Shown: positions 1 to 15,132 of the stretch, piece after piece
How the letters are laid out: every line of letters starts with the position of its first letter
Position numbering within the stretch: the stretch's first letter is position 1
From: the human T2T-CHM13v2.0 reference genome, Homo sapiens
NCBI RefSeq assembly: GCF_009914755.1
Contig: NC_060930.1
DNA: 64,000 nt
Strand: one strand, 5' to 3'
The notes under the pieces: model-generated
The model's database searches: none
Seen by the model: the letters and a program-made list of their open reading frames with translations, nothing else
What the model was told of the DNA's origin: nothing
Program-made: the position numbers and the translations under genes

Positions 1-475
1 CAGTTGAGTGGTAGCCTCTTGCTACTTTATAGTGACTTAGATTTTCTTGAGAAGGAGGACTCAGAGCATGATTTCTGACAGTTACACCATAGCAGCTGCA
101 TGCCTCTGAAAAGAACTGCTGTTTCAACTTTTAGGGGAAGAGAAGCTTCTCAAGGACTGGACTGAGTCCTCTTTGAACTCTGTGAAATGACTAATATTTA
201 GATCTGGTGTCATGTTTGCAGTGAGGGCTCAATAATTATTCAGTGGAGGAAATTATTAGCTATAGAAGAAGAGACAGAGAAAAAACCCTGGAGAGTACAA
301 TCCTTGGAAGTTTCAAGCCCTCTCAGACCACAAATGGTGCTTTCTTTATCAATGGGCAGATAGGGTAACTAAACATATCTATTGTGCAAGACTGATTTTA
401 AAATGTGCTCCTACCTGTAGATATTTATAAAAGCAATTATGTATATCATCTTGCAAGAGTGTTGCACCAGAAATG

Positions 476-477
<2 letters not shown>

Positions 478-509
<32 letters not shown>
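478..509 (+). repeat. poly(A) mononucleotide run (~32 nt)
   Basis: Uninterrupted A run with no recognisable retroelement body attached. Confidence 0.95.
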
Positions 510-511
<2 letters not shown>

Positions 512-766
512 ATCCCTGCCTGAAAAGCTCCATGTTTTCCCCTTATTCTGTGTATCCATAGTAAACTCAATTCACTGTAATAAACTTTTCAGAGAGTATA
601 TGTGTGTAGTGGTGGTGGTAGTGATGGTGATGCGATAATAGAAAGGAGGAAAGGTGTGCTATAGCAATAGTGCCGTCAGCAATAAAAACTACAGATTCTT
701 TTTGTTCTTAGCTTTTAGACACTAACAGTAAAACAGAAGAGAACCCAGTGCACCTCTTACTCCACA

Positions 767-990
767 CCAATGTTTTGCACCTCTTTCTTTATTATTACTG
801 CCTTAAGGAAGCTTTTAAGACATTTTTAATCACTCCCCACTTTGAAATTTTAATACCACAGATATACTGTATATCTGCTTATGTACCACATGTATATCTG
901 CACTTTATACATAAAAAAGAGGGAGACTTTTTTCCCCCAAAACCAATTTCCATCCCTTTGGGGGAATACATTGCCCCTTTTGATGCATGC
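767..990. mobile_element. hAT-type non-autonomous DNA transposon (MER/Charlie-like MITE), family not fixed
   Basis: Colinear similarity to 51271-51503 (…gaaatttta…ccacag(a/c)tatactgt…ttatacataaaaa…). Confidence 0.65.
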
Positions 991-1000
991 GCTATACTAG

Positions 1001-1310
<310 letters not shown>

Positions 1311-1323
1311 TTTACCTTTTTTT

Positions 1324-1472
1324 GACTCATGTATTCCTTTGAGAATCTGACAGAAGTTATGAACCCCCTTCTTGCCCCCTGTCCAAAATATGTACAAAAT
1401 TTTATACACAATCAGAGCATTCACTGGATCCCCTGGAGCCTACCCATGGCCCTCAGGCTAAGGGTCCCTGCT
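1324..1472. mobile_element. hAT-Charlie MITE remnant
   Basis: …ctttgagaatctga…cccctggagcctacccatggccctcaggctaagggtccctg resembles a Charlie-type MER. Confidence 0.5.
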
Positions 1473-1489
1473 CTGCATGCTCTCCTTAG

Positions 1490-2220
1490 GTGACTGCACA
1501 CATTTTCACACCTCTAACTTCAGGGTATTCTTCAATCACAATTCACAGCTCGATCACTAACCTCTGTTTCAGGCTCAGATGTGTAGGCTGAAGACATAGC
1601 CATTTAGATGTCCCATAGACACTTCAATTTCAATTGTCCAATTCTGAATTCATCGTCTTCTACTCAAACCTGCTTCCAGATTCCAGTTTAATTCATGCCG
1701 CCATACCTTCCTAGTTTCTCAGGGAGAATTCTGAGTTATCTTTGATTCCTTTCTCCTCACTTCATAGCCAATCAACAAGTCCTTCCCACTGTCTTAACTT
1801 AATATTTCTCAAATCTGTGCCTCTTTTTCAGCACTCTGCCCTAGTTCAGGGCTTGTCATCTCCCACCTGAAACACTCAAATGATACCTCTGCCTCTACTC
1901 TTGCCATCCTCCATCAAATCCATTCTTCAAACTTCTCCCTAAGGAAGCTTCTGAGAATACAAAATCTGACCATTTCTGCTTAAAATACTTCAATGACCAA
2001 GCCCCTGAAGAAACACAAATATACAAATGGGCTTCCAGGTAAAATTGCCTTCCTAGATTCCTAATAGAATCTCTGAATCACCTGCCCCTCAAGTCTTCTT
2101 TTCATGCCATCCCCCTCCCTACCTGATGCTCTCCTAATATCCATCTGAGGACAGTTCACTCTAGACGTTGTGCAGCTTCACACTCCCACCACTTCCTCTG
2201 CCTAAAACAACTTCAGCACC
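1490..2220 (+). mobile_element. L2 fragment
   Basis: gatgtcccatagacacttcaatttcaattgtcca…ttatctttgattcctttctc, typical of the L2 3' region. Confidence 0.7.
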
Positions 2221-2379
2221 TTTTCTTCCCTTCCGCACCTTGTGAAGTGATTGCTCTCGTGAACAAAACTTCTCTGAAAAGTAATTTCAAGGAAAGATGT
2301 TTGTAATACTCACAGAAGAAGAGAGATAGGTAAGGAGGGGAAGAGAGAAGGAATACAAGAAATATCTTGGGCAAAATTG

Positions 2380-2840
2380 GAGCTTTAGCTCTGCTGCCCT
2401 TCTGGTGCCGCGCTACCTGTTCTCTTGGCCAGGGCTCTTCAGGTACCTGACTAAGCTGGGCCAATCAGGTTCTATTTCCAGGAGTTTGGAATTAGCAATT
2501 AGGATTCTAGCTAGTTGGTTGGTGTTTCTTGAATTGGGAAGTAATATAAATCTGAAATGAAGGCAACTATCATTGGCTATGTATTCTCACTGAAGAAGAG
2601 GATGTCTGTGGATAAAACAGTAATGACAGAGAGGAGACTACACAGGCCTGGAAGGACAACAAAAATAACATCAGCTCGTGAGCGCTTTCCAGTCCCTATT
2701 CTGGTCTCTAATAAGGCCTGACCATCTTTCCTTCCTTGGTTCCACCAACAATCTCTGTATCCTGATTGTAAATTCCAGTTTGTTTCAGCCAGTCTGAGCA
2801 GATTTCTGCTCCTTGTAATATAAGGGACTTCATTATGTCA
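2380..2840 (+). mobile_element. old MaLR LTR (MLT1J/K/L-like)
   Basis: ctaagctgggccaatcag…ggagtttggaatt; 3' end gtttcagccagtctgagcagatttctgctccttgtaa. Confidence 0.55.
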
Positions 2841-5800
2841 GCATTAGTAAAGAAGTGATATCCAGTATGGAATCCCGATCACCTTCTTTTGTTTCATAGC
2901 CAGTATTACTCACTCAGCCTGCCTCTTTGAATATATTATTTTTGTGTAAATGGTAGGGCAATCATATTAAAAGTCATAAATGTACCTCATTTAAATAAAC
3001 TATCCAAGCTTCAATGCTCCAAAAAACATAAAACAGAATTGAAAACAAATGAATCTTTGCTTTGGGCTTTAAGGCTTATGAATTAAATGAGCTATTAATC
3101 AGACTTGGAAAGATACTGGCTTCTTTCCCATGGTCATTACTATAGAATTATTTTAAAGAATCAATAGAACTCACTAACCTACATGACTTTCTAGTACTTT
3201 CACTCTCCAGTTTACTCCAGAACTTATTGGTAATTACTGTAGGTCTAAGAGAATCCACACACAAGTGACAAAAGACATAAATTATTTACACAGCTATTCA
3301 TCTGCAATGGACATCCCATCAGATTCAACCTTGTAAGTGTCATAGGACCAGTTATTTTTAAATCAGATTGTATTTTATAGGAAATAATAAAGATGCTACA
3401 GCAGCACAATAAATTCACACTAACAGCAGATCTGCATTTCACTGCAACAAATGTCTCTACTCTATTAAGCAAGTACTGAAATTTGCCCTTAACATGTCAC
3501 GGAGTCATGGGTTTCCCTGGAGATGTCTGCAAACCTGCAGTTATCTGAGGGTGAGGGCCTGGTGTGGGACATTTTTTAAAACTTTTTTTCCACATTTCCC
3601 AGTTTCCACATGGGAAATGAGACTGCCTTAGATTTCAAAGAACTTGCTCTCACCTAAAAGGACCTTGCTCCTGGCATGTGTTTTTCTCATCTGAGAATTT
3701 TTTTCTTCTCTGCTGTGATCCATTTTGTCTCTGCAACAGAACCATGTTTATCATCCAGGACTTATCACATTGCTCTTGCTGACTGACTGAGTGGTCAGCA
3801 AAAAAACAAGTTGATGAGTCTGGGATGTGAGTACTTGGCAGCCCCCCATTGCTTTAATGGGTCTCAGCAGTATTAGTTTACTGAAAGACGATCCAGTCTG
3901 CCTGGGACAATTTACCACTCTGTGTATTGTGCACAGATGAGACCTTTTATTTTGTTAGAGTTTAACTTTGGCCCTCTCTCCAAAAGACAGAGAAATTTAA
4001 ACTCTGAAAGTGTTCCAACAATCAGGCAGCAATAAATAAAATCAGCCCCATGTGATTGTGATGGATGCTAAGAACACTTAGGATTACCAGACGATCACTG
4101 GCTGGGAGGACTAGGGTAGACCGTGAGCCTTCCTTCCCAGGATCTCATCCAGCACATGACAGACAGGCCCATTCTGCCCAGTGGTGTTTGCGAGACACAG
4201 CCCTGTGCAGAGGCACAGGGTGAACGAGATGGATGACTTCTCAAGGTCACTGCCATCGCCATGATTCATTAATGTCGGCCAGGCTGCTGCTCTGAGCTGT
4301 GTTTTCCTAAAGCAATAGACTCTACTGTCCACCTTCTGTAAATAATAAATCTCTCAGCTTCCCAATCTTTCTGTAATCTGCACACCAGCACATTGAAAAT
4401 AATGTAAACAAGGTCAGCTCACAAAATAAGGCATGGACCCATAGTGAGTCCAATAAGTATGGTGTGACTGTTTTTCGTTAATGTCCCCAAACCATTTATA
4501 TCAATATCTAACCTATAATTACAATTGGGGACATTAATAAAATTTTTAAATTCTTGTACCTTTTATGGCCTCGGTGTCAATTTCTAATTTTTATAAAACT
4601 GAAGGGAAGATTTGTACATACTAGTTTTAGACAAACCAAATAAAACAGTGGAAGGCAATTTTACCCACAGAGTAACAACTATAACAAATCACACCTCAGT
4701 GTAAAAGAAGTAGGTTCAATTAGATGTCCTCCTCCCACCACTCCTCCCAGGTCCCATGGGAATCACAAAATGCACATAATTCACCATCTCCTGGGCCATC
4801 AGTGCCACATGTGCCAACAATGAAACCAATGTCTTTGGGCCTTGAATGAGAGAATTTTTAGATGCACCTCAGCTCACTCATAAACCAAAATCTAAAGTGA
4901 TTAAAATTTAAGTATCACCCCAATTCCTGGAAGATAATATCTTTGTACAAACTGCTAGTTTATTCTCTTGCCATGTGGAGTCACATTCATTATTAAAAGA
5001 TGTTAAGCCTAATCGCAGTATGATGAGGAACACTAATTTGTCACATCCTCAGGCTATTTCTGCAGCTGTGAGTTGGGGTTTTAGTGGGTTGGTATGGACT
5101 GACATAACACATTTTCTAAAAATCAAACAGTGCTACAGCAACTAAAAGAAAATCCCGCTCCACCAATCTACACATCCTTCAAGAAAAAAATAACACTTTT
5201 AAGTATGAAGCAGGGCAGGATAAAACTCTTTTCATCCATATTTGCAGGAACAACAAATTAATACTTTTCTGTGTTTACTTTCCCTTTTTAGGGGCTATGT
5301 TCTTGTCGTTTTCAGCACTGAGACCGTGGCCTACCCATCTGGTGCTAGAAGGTCCTAGAATGGCTGTTCAGACCTCCTGACTTTTCCCTCTGTACCCTCC
5401 ATTCAGACGACATAAGCCTCTCTCCAGTCTTCCTTCCAACAATTTTCCCAAATCTGACACAATTTCTACCTCTGACACATCCAAATGCCTTCCATTCCAA
5501 CCATAAGGATCTTATATGTGCCATGAACATGTATAGCAAAGGTCTGTCAAATTCTATACAAACTCTTGGCTGGACTTATTTTTGCCCTGTTTGCTTCTCC
5601 ATGTTTTTCTCCCTGATGCTAGGTTTCTCTGTATGTCCTGCAAGCATGCATTTCCTTTTTTATGGGGGAGGAAGAGAGTGAGGTCCTTTTATTGGTTTTT
5701 CTGCAGTTTGAGGGCTGCTGGCTGTGTGTGTGGTGACCAGCAGCAAGCACTTAGAGACCACTATTTGACAAGGACCATGGTCCTTGGTAGATACATATTC

Positions 5801-6219
5801 ACAAGAGATCAAAAGAGTAAAATGTGTCATTTGCTCTTTCCAGTGATTCCCTGAACAGCACCGAAAATAATCTAGGATTCAAAATAATCCCTGATGAAGG
5901 TGATTAGTAGACTGACTGTACATTTCAAGTAGTATTATAAATAATTAGTCATAGACTATTCATGCCAGTCTGCTGCTTTTGGGACATATTATTCTGTGCA
6001 CGATCTATTTTTCTCTATTGAACCTCATTTTAAGTGAACTGAATATAAGAATTATGATTAAATCATCTCTGTATTTCCCACGTTCTTAGTATATTACTTA
6101 AAGCCCCATTATATATTGAAAGAAACTTAATGTGACAGTTTCCTTTGTAATAAAACCATAAAACATGCACTTCAGAAGGCATTCTGCTATACCTAGTGTT
6201 GGGAGGTGCATATAAACTT

Positions 6220-6507
<288 letters not shown>

Positions 6508-6666
6508 AAAACTTGTTAACATTGGTTTAAAATTCAAGTTTAAAAGTTTATATCATTAAAAATCAAAACTGAAAAAGGATATACAGATATTAAGGCAAGC
6601 AACATTTTACTCTGCTTCCATGCCTAGCATCTTTCTGAAAAATCAGCTTTTTAAATATCTACACTC

Positions 6667-7026
<360 letters not shown>

Positions 7027-7177
7027 CTATATAAGAGTAAGGAGAGACAGCACCGAAAAGTTACATTCTGTAAACTTCAGAGGTACATTAATATTCAGAA
7101 ATTTCTAAAGAATCACATTATTTTTAAATCAAATATTTTAACTTATTGTATCCTAATAAAACAACTGTCTCTCTGAC

Positions 7178-7230
7178 ACTTCAGCCTCCCACAGTTCTGG
7201 GATTAAGGGTGTGAGCCACTGCCCCCAGTT
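7178..7230 (-). mobile_element. Alu left-arm fragment
   Basis: cagcctcccacagttctgggattaagggtgtgagccactg. Confidence 0.7.
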
Positions 7231-8555
7231 GAGACATCTCTTTTTTAGCATAATCAATAAAATGAACAAACCATTTAATGAAGTGTTTTCAATTTAAAAC
7301 AAATTATTTGGGGAAAAAAAGTTCTGCATACATTCAGACATTACCCACCTCCCCCAGCTCTTGCACACACACAACAGACACCTTCAGAGACAACTAACCC
7401 TGCATAGAAATCAGCACGAAATCAATACCTTTTATGTGGCCCTGAAAGCACTGATAGACCTATGGATACCCCCACTGCATCTTAGAGAAGTATCATTGGC
7501 TTTTTTCCTCTGACTATAGTGGCAAGGAATTGGAGTCAGAGTTGGCAGCGACATTTTAGTGATCTTTGGAACACAATGTCCAAAAACAGAAGGCAGTCAC
7601 TAGGCGTAGCTGAGATGTGATAGCCATCACTCTGGAGATTTGAGGGAGGAAAAAGAAGCTTGCAGTTGTCTTTCATATGTTTCTGTCTTTAAGGCAGGAG
7701 TATATACTGAATCATTCTCAATATTCCTTCCATCTATGGAATTCTAAGTCCCTTGATAAAACCAGCGTTGAAGAAGTCAGGAGGCAAGATGTGCCAGGAC
7801 TAGATAAGTGCCAGGAAAGTTAATGCAAGAAATGCTATTGAGTTGTCCACATGATCTTTTCCTCAGAATGTAAAGTACTGACAATCAATGTAATAATAAA
7901 ACACAGACTTGGTCAAAGTCATGCTCAAGGTTTATTTGGACAACTAAATTGCTTGTATCTTGCTTTTTATTAGCATCAAATATTTTTTTCTTCTGTCCCT
8001 GCCCCCAGCGTCAAATATTTACTAAGCAATCATAAAATGCATGCTATTGTGTGAGGGGCTTGGCATTAAGAAGTCTTAGTGTGAGTTAGAAAGTCTGCAC
8101 CCTGAAGATGCTTACAGTTTTCAGGACCAAATTCTAGTCATTGCATCCATTAACTACAGAGGATGAAAAGTCAGCAAGTATTAAAGTCAGACAGCTGAGT
8201 CTGGGAACATCTTCCACATTTTTGTCTATCACTTGCTAACCACAGTATGAAGGGTTACCAGATATTTGAACTCTGACAACAATATCAGATCTTTTCTTGC
8301 TCAGAGGAATTTAACTATCTGAATTATTGAATAGATTTCTTCAAAGAAGACAAGGTCTGTGGAAAAGGGCAAGTTGGAAAATCCAGCTATGGTTTGGTTG
8401 CGAAGGATAAACACACAAACACTGCATACTGTGCAACATTAATTCTTTTAAAATAGAAGTAGTAGGTTTTGGACATCAGTTTATTACTAAAATAAAAATG
8501 TAAATTTGGACTTAACTAAAACTTTCCCAAAGCAATTAACCTTGAGTCTACAAAC

Positions 8556-8570
8556 AAAAGAAAGAAAGAA

Positions 8571-8626
<56 letters not shown>

Positions 8627-8655
8627 AGGAAAGAAGGAAAGAAAGAAAGAAAAAA
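8556..8655. repeat. (GAAA)n tetranucleotide STR with GGAA variants
   Basis: About 100 nt of pure purine repeat. Confidence 0.97.
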
Positions 8656-9762
8656 CGTGTAGGCATAACTATGACAAGAAAATAAAACTAAGTCTGCTGT
8701 CTTATATGTCATGTTCAATATAACCAGAAAGCATACCCAAAATTTAGGAGCAAAAAGCTAACTCCAAATTATCCCTTGCTGCTTAATGAGTACAGGAAGC
8801 CACAAAAGAAAAATTGCCCATGTGGCATTTTTTTCCCCCACAAAAGACAGATGTTATACAAAGTAAAGAAAATTTAGGGTAAAAATGTGTGTGAAGAAAG
8901 GCTCACAGGGAATGATTTAAGCTCAAATATTGTAAGAGTTCAACACAGACAAGTGGACTAAGGGCCAGCTAAATATGGACCTGCTCGCTACAAATAATGC
9001 TGAAGAGTATTCCAAGGATGAAAATTAATTTTAGGGGTAATATATATTAATGTGGTAGGAAACAGGGAATTGAGAAAAAAATACAAATAAAATTAAAAGA
9101 AGGAAAATTTATCCTAAATGCTAGAACTTTCTCACAATCTATGTGATCTCAATACCACCTAAGGAGGTTAATGTATAAAATACACACATCTCAAGTGATA
9201 AAGGCTTGCATGCAGATAAACATTCAAGTTAAACAAAATGAAAACTGTAATAAAATTATTCTAAATCCAGAAACAAAAGCTGTGTTAACTTTCTGATAAA
9301 AGAGAAATCATTATATAAATCATTAACCCCTAAAAAACCTCCTAACACCCTGCAATGCACATCAAATTTTATTGCAATTATGTACAAAGAAAACTGGAGA
9401 CAAGCTGATGTATTCTGATATCATTCATTTTAGCTAGTCTAAATACTCTGGGTACTCAAGAACTCTGTGTGCTTATTATGTTATATTTGTCCTTCTTGGA
9501 GTGGTTATACTTGTAAAAAGCTATCCAGTACCTTCAACAGACTGGATAATTAGAATTACAATGACTGCCATTTGAATATACTATGCCATAATTTCCTCTA
9601 AGTGCATTATCCTACTTGATGATATACTTGCCCTCTCCCTGGCCGGTTATTAAAGACTGCTTTCCAAGGCAGACATAGGTTCCTTGAGCAAAGTTAGGCT
9701 TATCTAAACCAATTGTTTTAGTTGACAGATGAGGTCTCCAGTATTTCATCAGGTTCACTTAC

Positions 9763-9852
9763 CTGAACCTACTGTATTTCATTTATAACCATCTTATTCT
9801 GTTCAGAAAGTACATGTTTCTCATTCAAAGTGCTACCAGTCGATTTTGATTT
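9763..9852 (-). other. candidate internal exon (90 nt), probably non-coding or terminal-coding
   Basis: Minus strand: acceptor tttactttttatttatctag|AAATC and perfect donor CAG|GTAAGT; all three frames contain stops; unique sequence. Confidence 0.6.
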
Positions 9853-10678
9853 CTAGATAAATAAAAAGTAAACATTTTACATAATGCTTTCATACTCCTT
9901 TGTAGAAGCTGAAGTTTATTATATAACTATATACTGCTACCTAATACATTCTTTTTGGAAGAAACCATGTCGGTCACAGCAAGGAAGCTACTCTGGGGCT
10001 AGGACTAGTGTTTCCATTGGAAACAATTACTTACAACAGAATGAAATCTTCTCTATTCAGGGATGAAAGGACAGACATTATTCATTATGGTACCTTTTAA
10101 GAATATCAGAAACCAATGATAGTATGCAACTGTTACAGCTGAGGCCAAAGCAATCTATTACCCAAATAAAAGGAACAAGATATAATGTCTACTTTGGTAT
10201 TTCTCAATTTACTGTGCGTTTCACTCTTGGGTTCTTACAAACTAAGAACATGCACAGGTGCATACAGGCATGCACACACACACGGACACCCACACATACC
10301 TTCATCAGACCTACCCAGAACTATACCTCACTCACTTTAATAACTCTGGACTCTCCTTGGAATTCCCAGTTGCAATATTTGAGAAGGTTATTTTTTAACC
10401 ATCTATCAAAGAAGATTGATGTTCCTATCTTCTTTTTCATAATCATATTTACCCAAAACATTAATTTTCCACATAGTATTTTTTTTCTTGTTAATAGAAT
10501 TACTACTTTTTCTAATACAGGAATTGTTATATAATCAATAGGGTGGTATAAGAAATCAATGTACCAACTTCTTCCTTAAAAAGAAATCTTTAGATTCCTT
10601 CTTGAAAAAGATATTTTAAAAGATACAGGTGCTGCAGAATTTTGCTCCTTAGTTCAGCTAAAATCCTGCTCTACTCAC

Positions 10679-10849
10679 CCTTCAATATGTCTGCGTTGTC
10701 TAAATTTTCCTGGTCATGTGATTCTTCCCCTGGCAAACAGTGTGAACTTCCGAACTTCCCATGGCTCCGCCCCGTCCTCCCAGTGGAGGACGACTCTCGG
10801 GGAACCCTCCCCCTTATCTGCCTCCTGCATCTATCATTGACAGGATTTC
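10679..10849 (-). other. candidate exon (171 nt; 5' boundary uncertain)
   Basis: Donor AGG|GTGAGT; weaker acceptor ttgctgtataag|GAAAT; locally GC/CpG-rich unique sequence; open in phase 1-1. Confidence 0.55.
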
Positions 10850-10870
10850 CTTATACAGCAATATAGCTAA

Positions 10871-11220
<350 letters not shown>

Positions 11221-11264
11221 CTAAACGAAACACTTAAACTTAAATTCTCTTAAAAGTATGGTTA

Positions 11265-11768
<504 letters not shown>

Positions 11769-13232
11769 CCCTGAGGTCATCTGCTGATCCCCGGTAGCAG
11801 TTTGGATTTTAACAGGCCACATGTAGGCTTGGGGAAAGGAGATAAAGCTTGGGGTCTGAACAGGGAGAGATGCTGAAGCAGAGGCTCCTGAACAAAGTCC
11901 AGACTCCCAAAAGGCAACATTTTTAGTGGCTGACTTTCAAAAAAGAAAGAAATCTATCTTGCAAAAGGAGATAGGGCTGAAATACAGGTAAGAATGGGGT
12001 GAAAGCTTAGAGGGCAGCCAGTTCAGACTGAAGCAACTTAATTCAAAAGACTTGAATATTAAAGGCTCTCATCACCACTGTAATCTCTGTAATCTGACAA
12101 ATCTTCTAGCGGGTTTGCTCTACTAAAATAAGGGATTAATCCAAGAAATGGAAGAGAAGAAATCAAAGAAGTATGAAATTCAATTTGGGAGACAGGCAAA
12201 GAGAATTCCAAGGATAGCAACAAAGGAGAGGCTCAGATTGACAGCTGTGCATAAGGCTGAGAAAGCAAGAAGGTAAAGAAGGTTCTAGAAAGGATATCTC
12301 TTAAGAAAAAAAGGAAACAGAGTGCTGGGAGAAAACTGTATTTAGATGCTACTAGAAGGTGTAAAAAAGATTATCAATAAGTATTAAAAACTAACTTCAG
12401 GAAAAACAATCAAACAAGAAGGGAAACAATCATACCACATATGCTCGGATATTAATTATATTTGCATGACCACAGTGAAAATTACTTTTACTACAAATTG
12501 TAACATAACTATATTGGGAGGATAGGGAAGGAATGCACAGGAGACGGCAGTGTAAAAGAGCCAAACAGTCATCTATTGTCATATTAGGAAATTAATAGAA
12601 GGTGACTACAATTGATTAATCAAAAGAAAGATGTCCCACATAGAAAATATAGGTATGTATAAATGCCCAAAGAAAGAGCTAAAAGAGTGGTAAGTCATTG
12701 CCTTTGGAGATGGAGACTGGAGTAAATGAAGAAAGGTGGGTGTGGGAATTGCTGTATTTGTTATATACTATATGCTCTTTAGTACTATTTGACTTTTTAA
12801 AGTATATGCCTGTATTACTTTAATAAAAATAAAAAAATTGTAAACATATATGAAATGAAATTATTTTCAAGAATATGGGTGAAATAAAGATAGAACTTTC
12901 ATAATTTCAAAATAAGGAATTTCCAGACAAAGAAAAATAAAAGAATTCATCATCAACAGATTCTTACTAAAGGAAATTCTGAAAGATATACTTCAGGAAG
13001 AAGAAAAATGATCCCAGAAGGAAAATCTGAGATGCAAGAAGGAATGGTGAGCCAAGAATAGGAAATATTTATGGATAATGCTAAACACACATTGACTAGA
13101 TAAAACAATAATATTGTCCCACTTGTGGGTTAAAAATCAAATAAAATTCTAGGAAAGAACAGCATATAGGTCAGATCAAGGGTGATGGGAAATAACTCTC
13201 TTCTAACATCCTTATTGAGTCTAGAAGAGGGT

Positions 13233-13596
<364 letters not shown>

Positions 13597-15132
13597 TTAG
13601 AATAGCAAATTAAAAATGCATGTTAAAATTTCTGAAATCTAGTATAACCACTAAAATAGGATGTATAACTTCCAGTATAGTAAGAGGGGGTCAGAAACCA
13701 GAAAGAAGAAAAGCAACAATACAAAAGTAAACATAAAAGGAGGAAAGAATAAAAGAAGTAAAATTTAAAAAAATTCAACAAATAGCAAAAAATGATAGGG
13801 GAGAAATAGATCAAATGTATTAGGAAACATAATTAATGTACATGGACTAAATTCTATAGTTTAAAAGACAGATAACCAAACTGAAGAAAAGTAAAATCCT
13901 ATGACACGCTATTTACAAGAAACAATAAAATATAAGGGCAAAGGAAGCCTGAAACTAAAGGTATGGAAAAAGACATAACAAGTGTAGATGCAAAAGTTAC
14001 AATAATGTCAGAAAAAACAGACATTAAAGCAAAAAGCATTACTCAAGAAAGAGGGTAACTATATACTGATAAAAGGTTCACTTAATTATAAATATATAAC
14101 AATTCTAAGTGCATATGCAGCTAATATAGTTTCAAAATATACTAAGCAAAAAGTAGCAAACTGAGAAACTGAGAAATCCACTATCAATGGCAGATTTTAA
14201 CTGCTTTCTCTCAGCAACTGATAGATCAACCAGACAAAGTCAGAAAAAATATAGAATATTTGAGCAACATAATTAAAATAACATGAACATAAAGAGAATA
14301 ATGTTCTCAATAACTGAAAAATATACATTCTTTTCAAGTACACAAAGGATTTTATTTTTAAAGACTACGTTCTAGGTAAGCGTCAACAAATTTTAAAGGA
14401 TCAGTATCACACAGATCACTTTCTCTAATCACAATCAATCAACTGGAAAACAATAACAACTCTACATACACACATACATACACACCTTAAAAATAACATC
14501 AAAAACACACGTACGACTGCAATCTAAATACATTTCCAAAGAATCCACGGGTCAAAGAAAAAATAAGTAATGGAAATTAGAAAATACTTAGATAATATAA
14601 GAATAATAATGAAAATAACAATTAATGAAAATAACAATTACTAAAACTTGTGGGATGACATCACTAAAAATAGTGTAGTAAGAGACTCCAGGGTTCCATC
14701 TCTTAATGAAAATCAACTAAAGTACTGGCAAAAACTGTCCGAATCAACTTTTGCAGAATTATGGAACCTAATTAAAACCCTTCAACAATTAGGGGAAGGC
14801 TTGGTGAAGAAGGAAGCTGCTGCAGTAAGAGAGCACTGTGGTGTTTTAAATTGCCCACCTACTATCTCCCACAACACCTTAGATTTGTGGTGGCTGTGAG
14901 GACAGCAGCCCACACTGCTGGTGAAGGTGTCCAGTGCCAGAGGGAACAATAAGAACCTTAATCTCAACTAATTGTGGTTGTGGATTTTGACCTACCTGGT
15001 AGCTCCCTTAAGGACCAGCTCAAGAGTTTGCCTTTGTTCTGCCAGCCTCAGATCCTTCCCAGGAGTGAGGTGGCTTCCCAAGTAGCTTTTACAGAACACA
15101 TTTAAAGGCACAATTATTGGTCACAGCAGCCT

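Noticed and set aside
9730-9780. Hammerhead-ribozyme-like words on the minus strand (GUA, stem, CUGAUGA, GAAA)
   Set aside because: CUGAUGA and GAAA overlap with no stem II, and the stem I/III registers do not fit the catalytic core.
10773-10792. Iron-responsive-element-like CAGTGG loop on the plus strand
   Set aside because: With a 6-nt CAGUGN loop the 5-bp upper stem does not pair (cctcc/aggac), and it is on the strand opposite the inferred gene.
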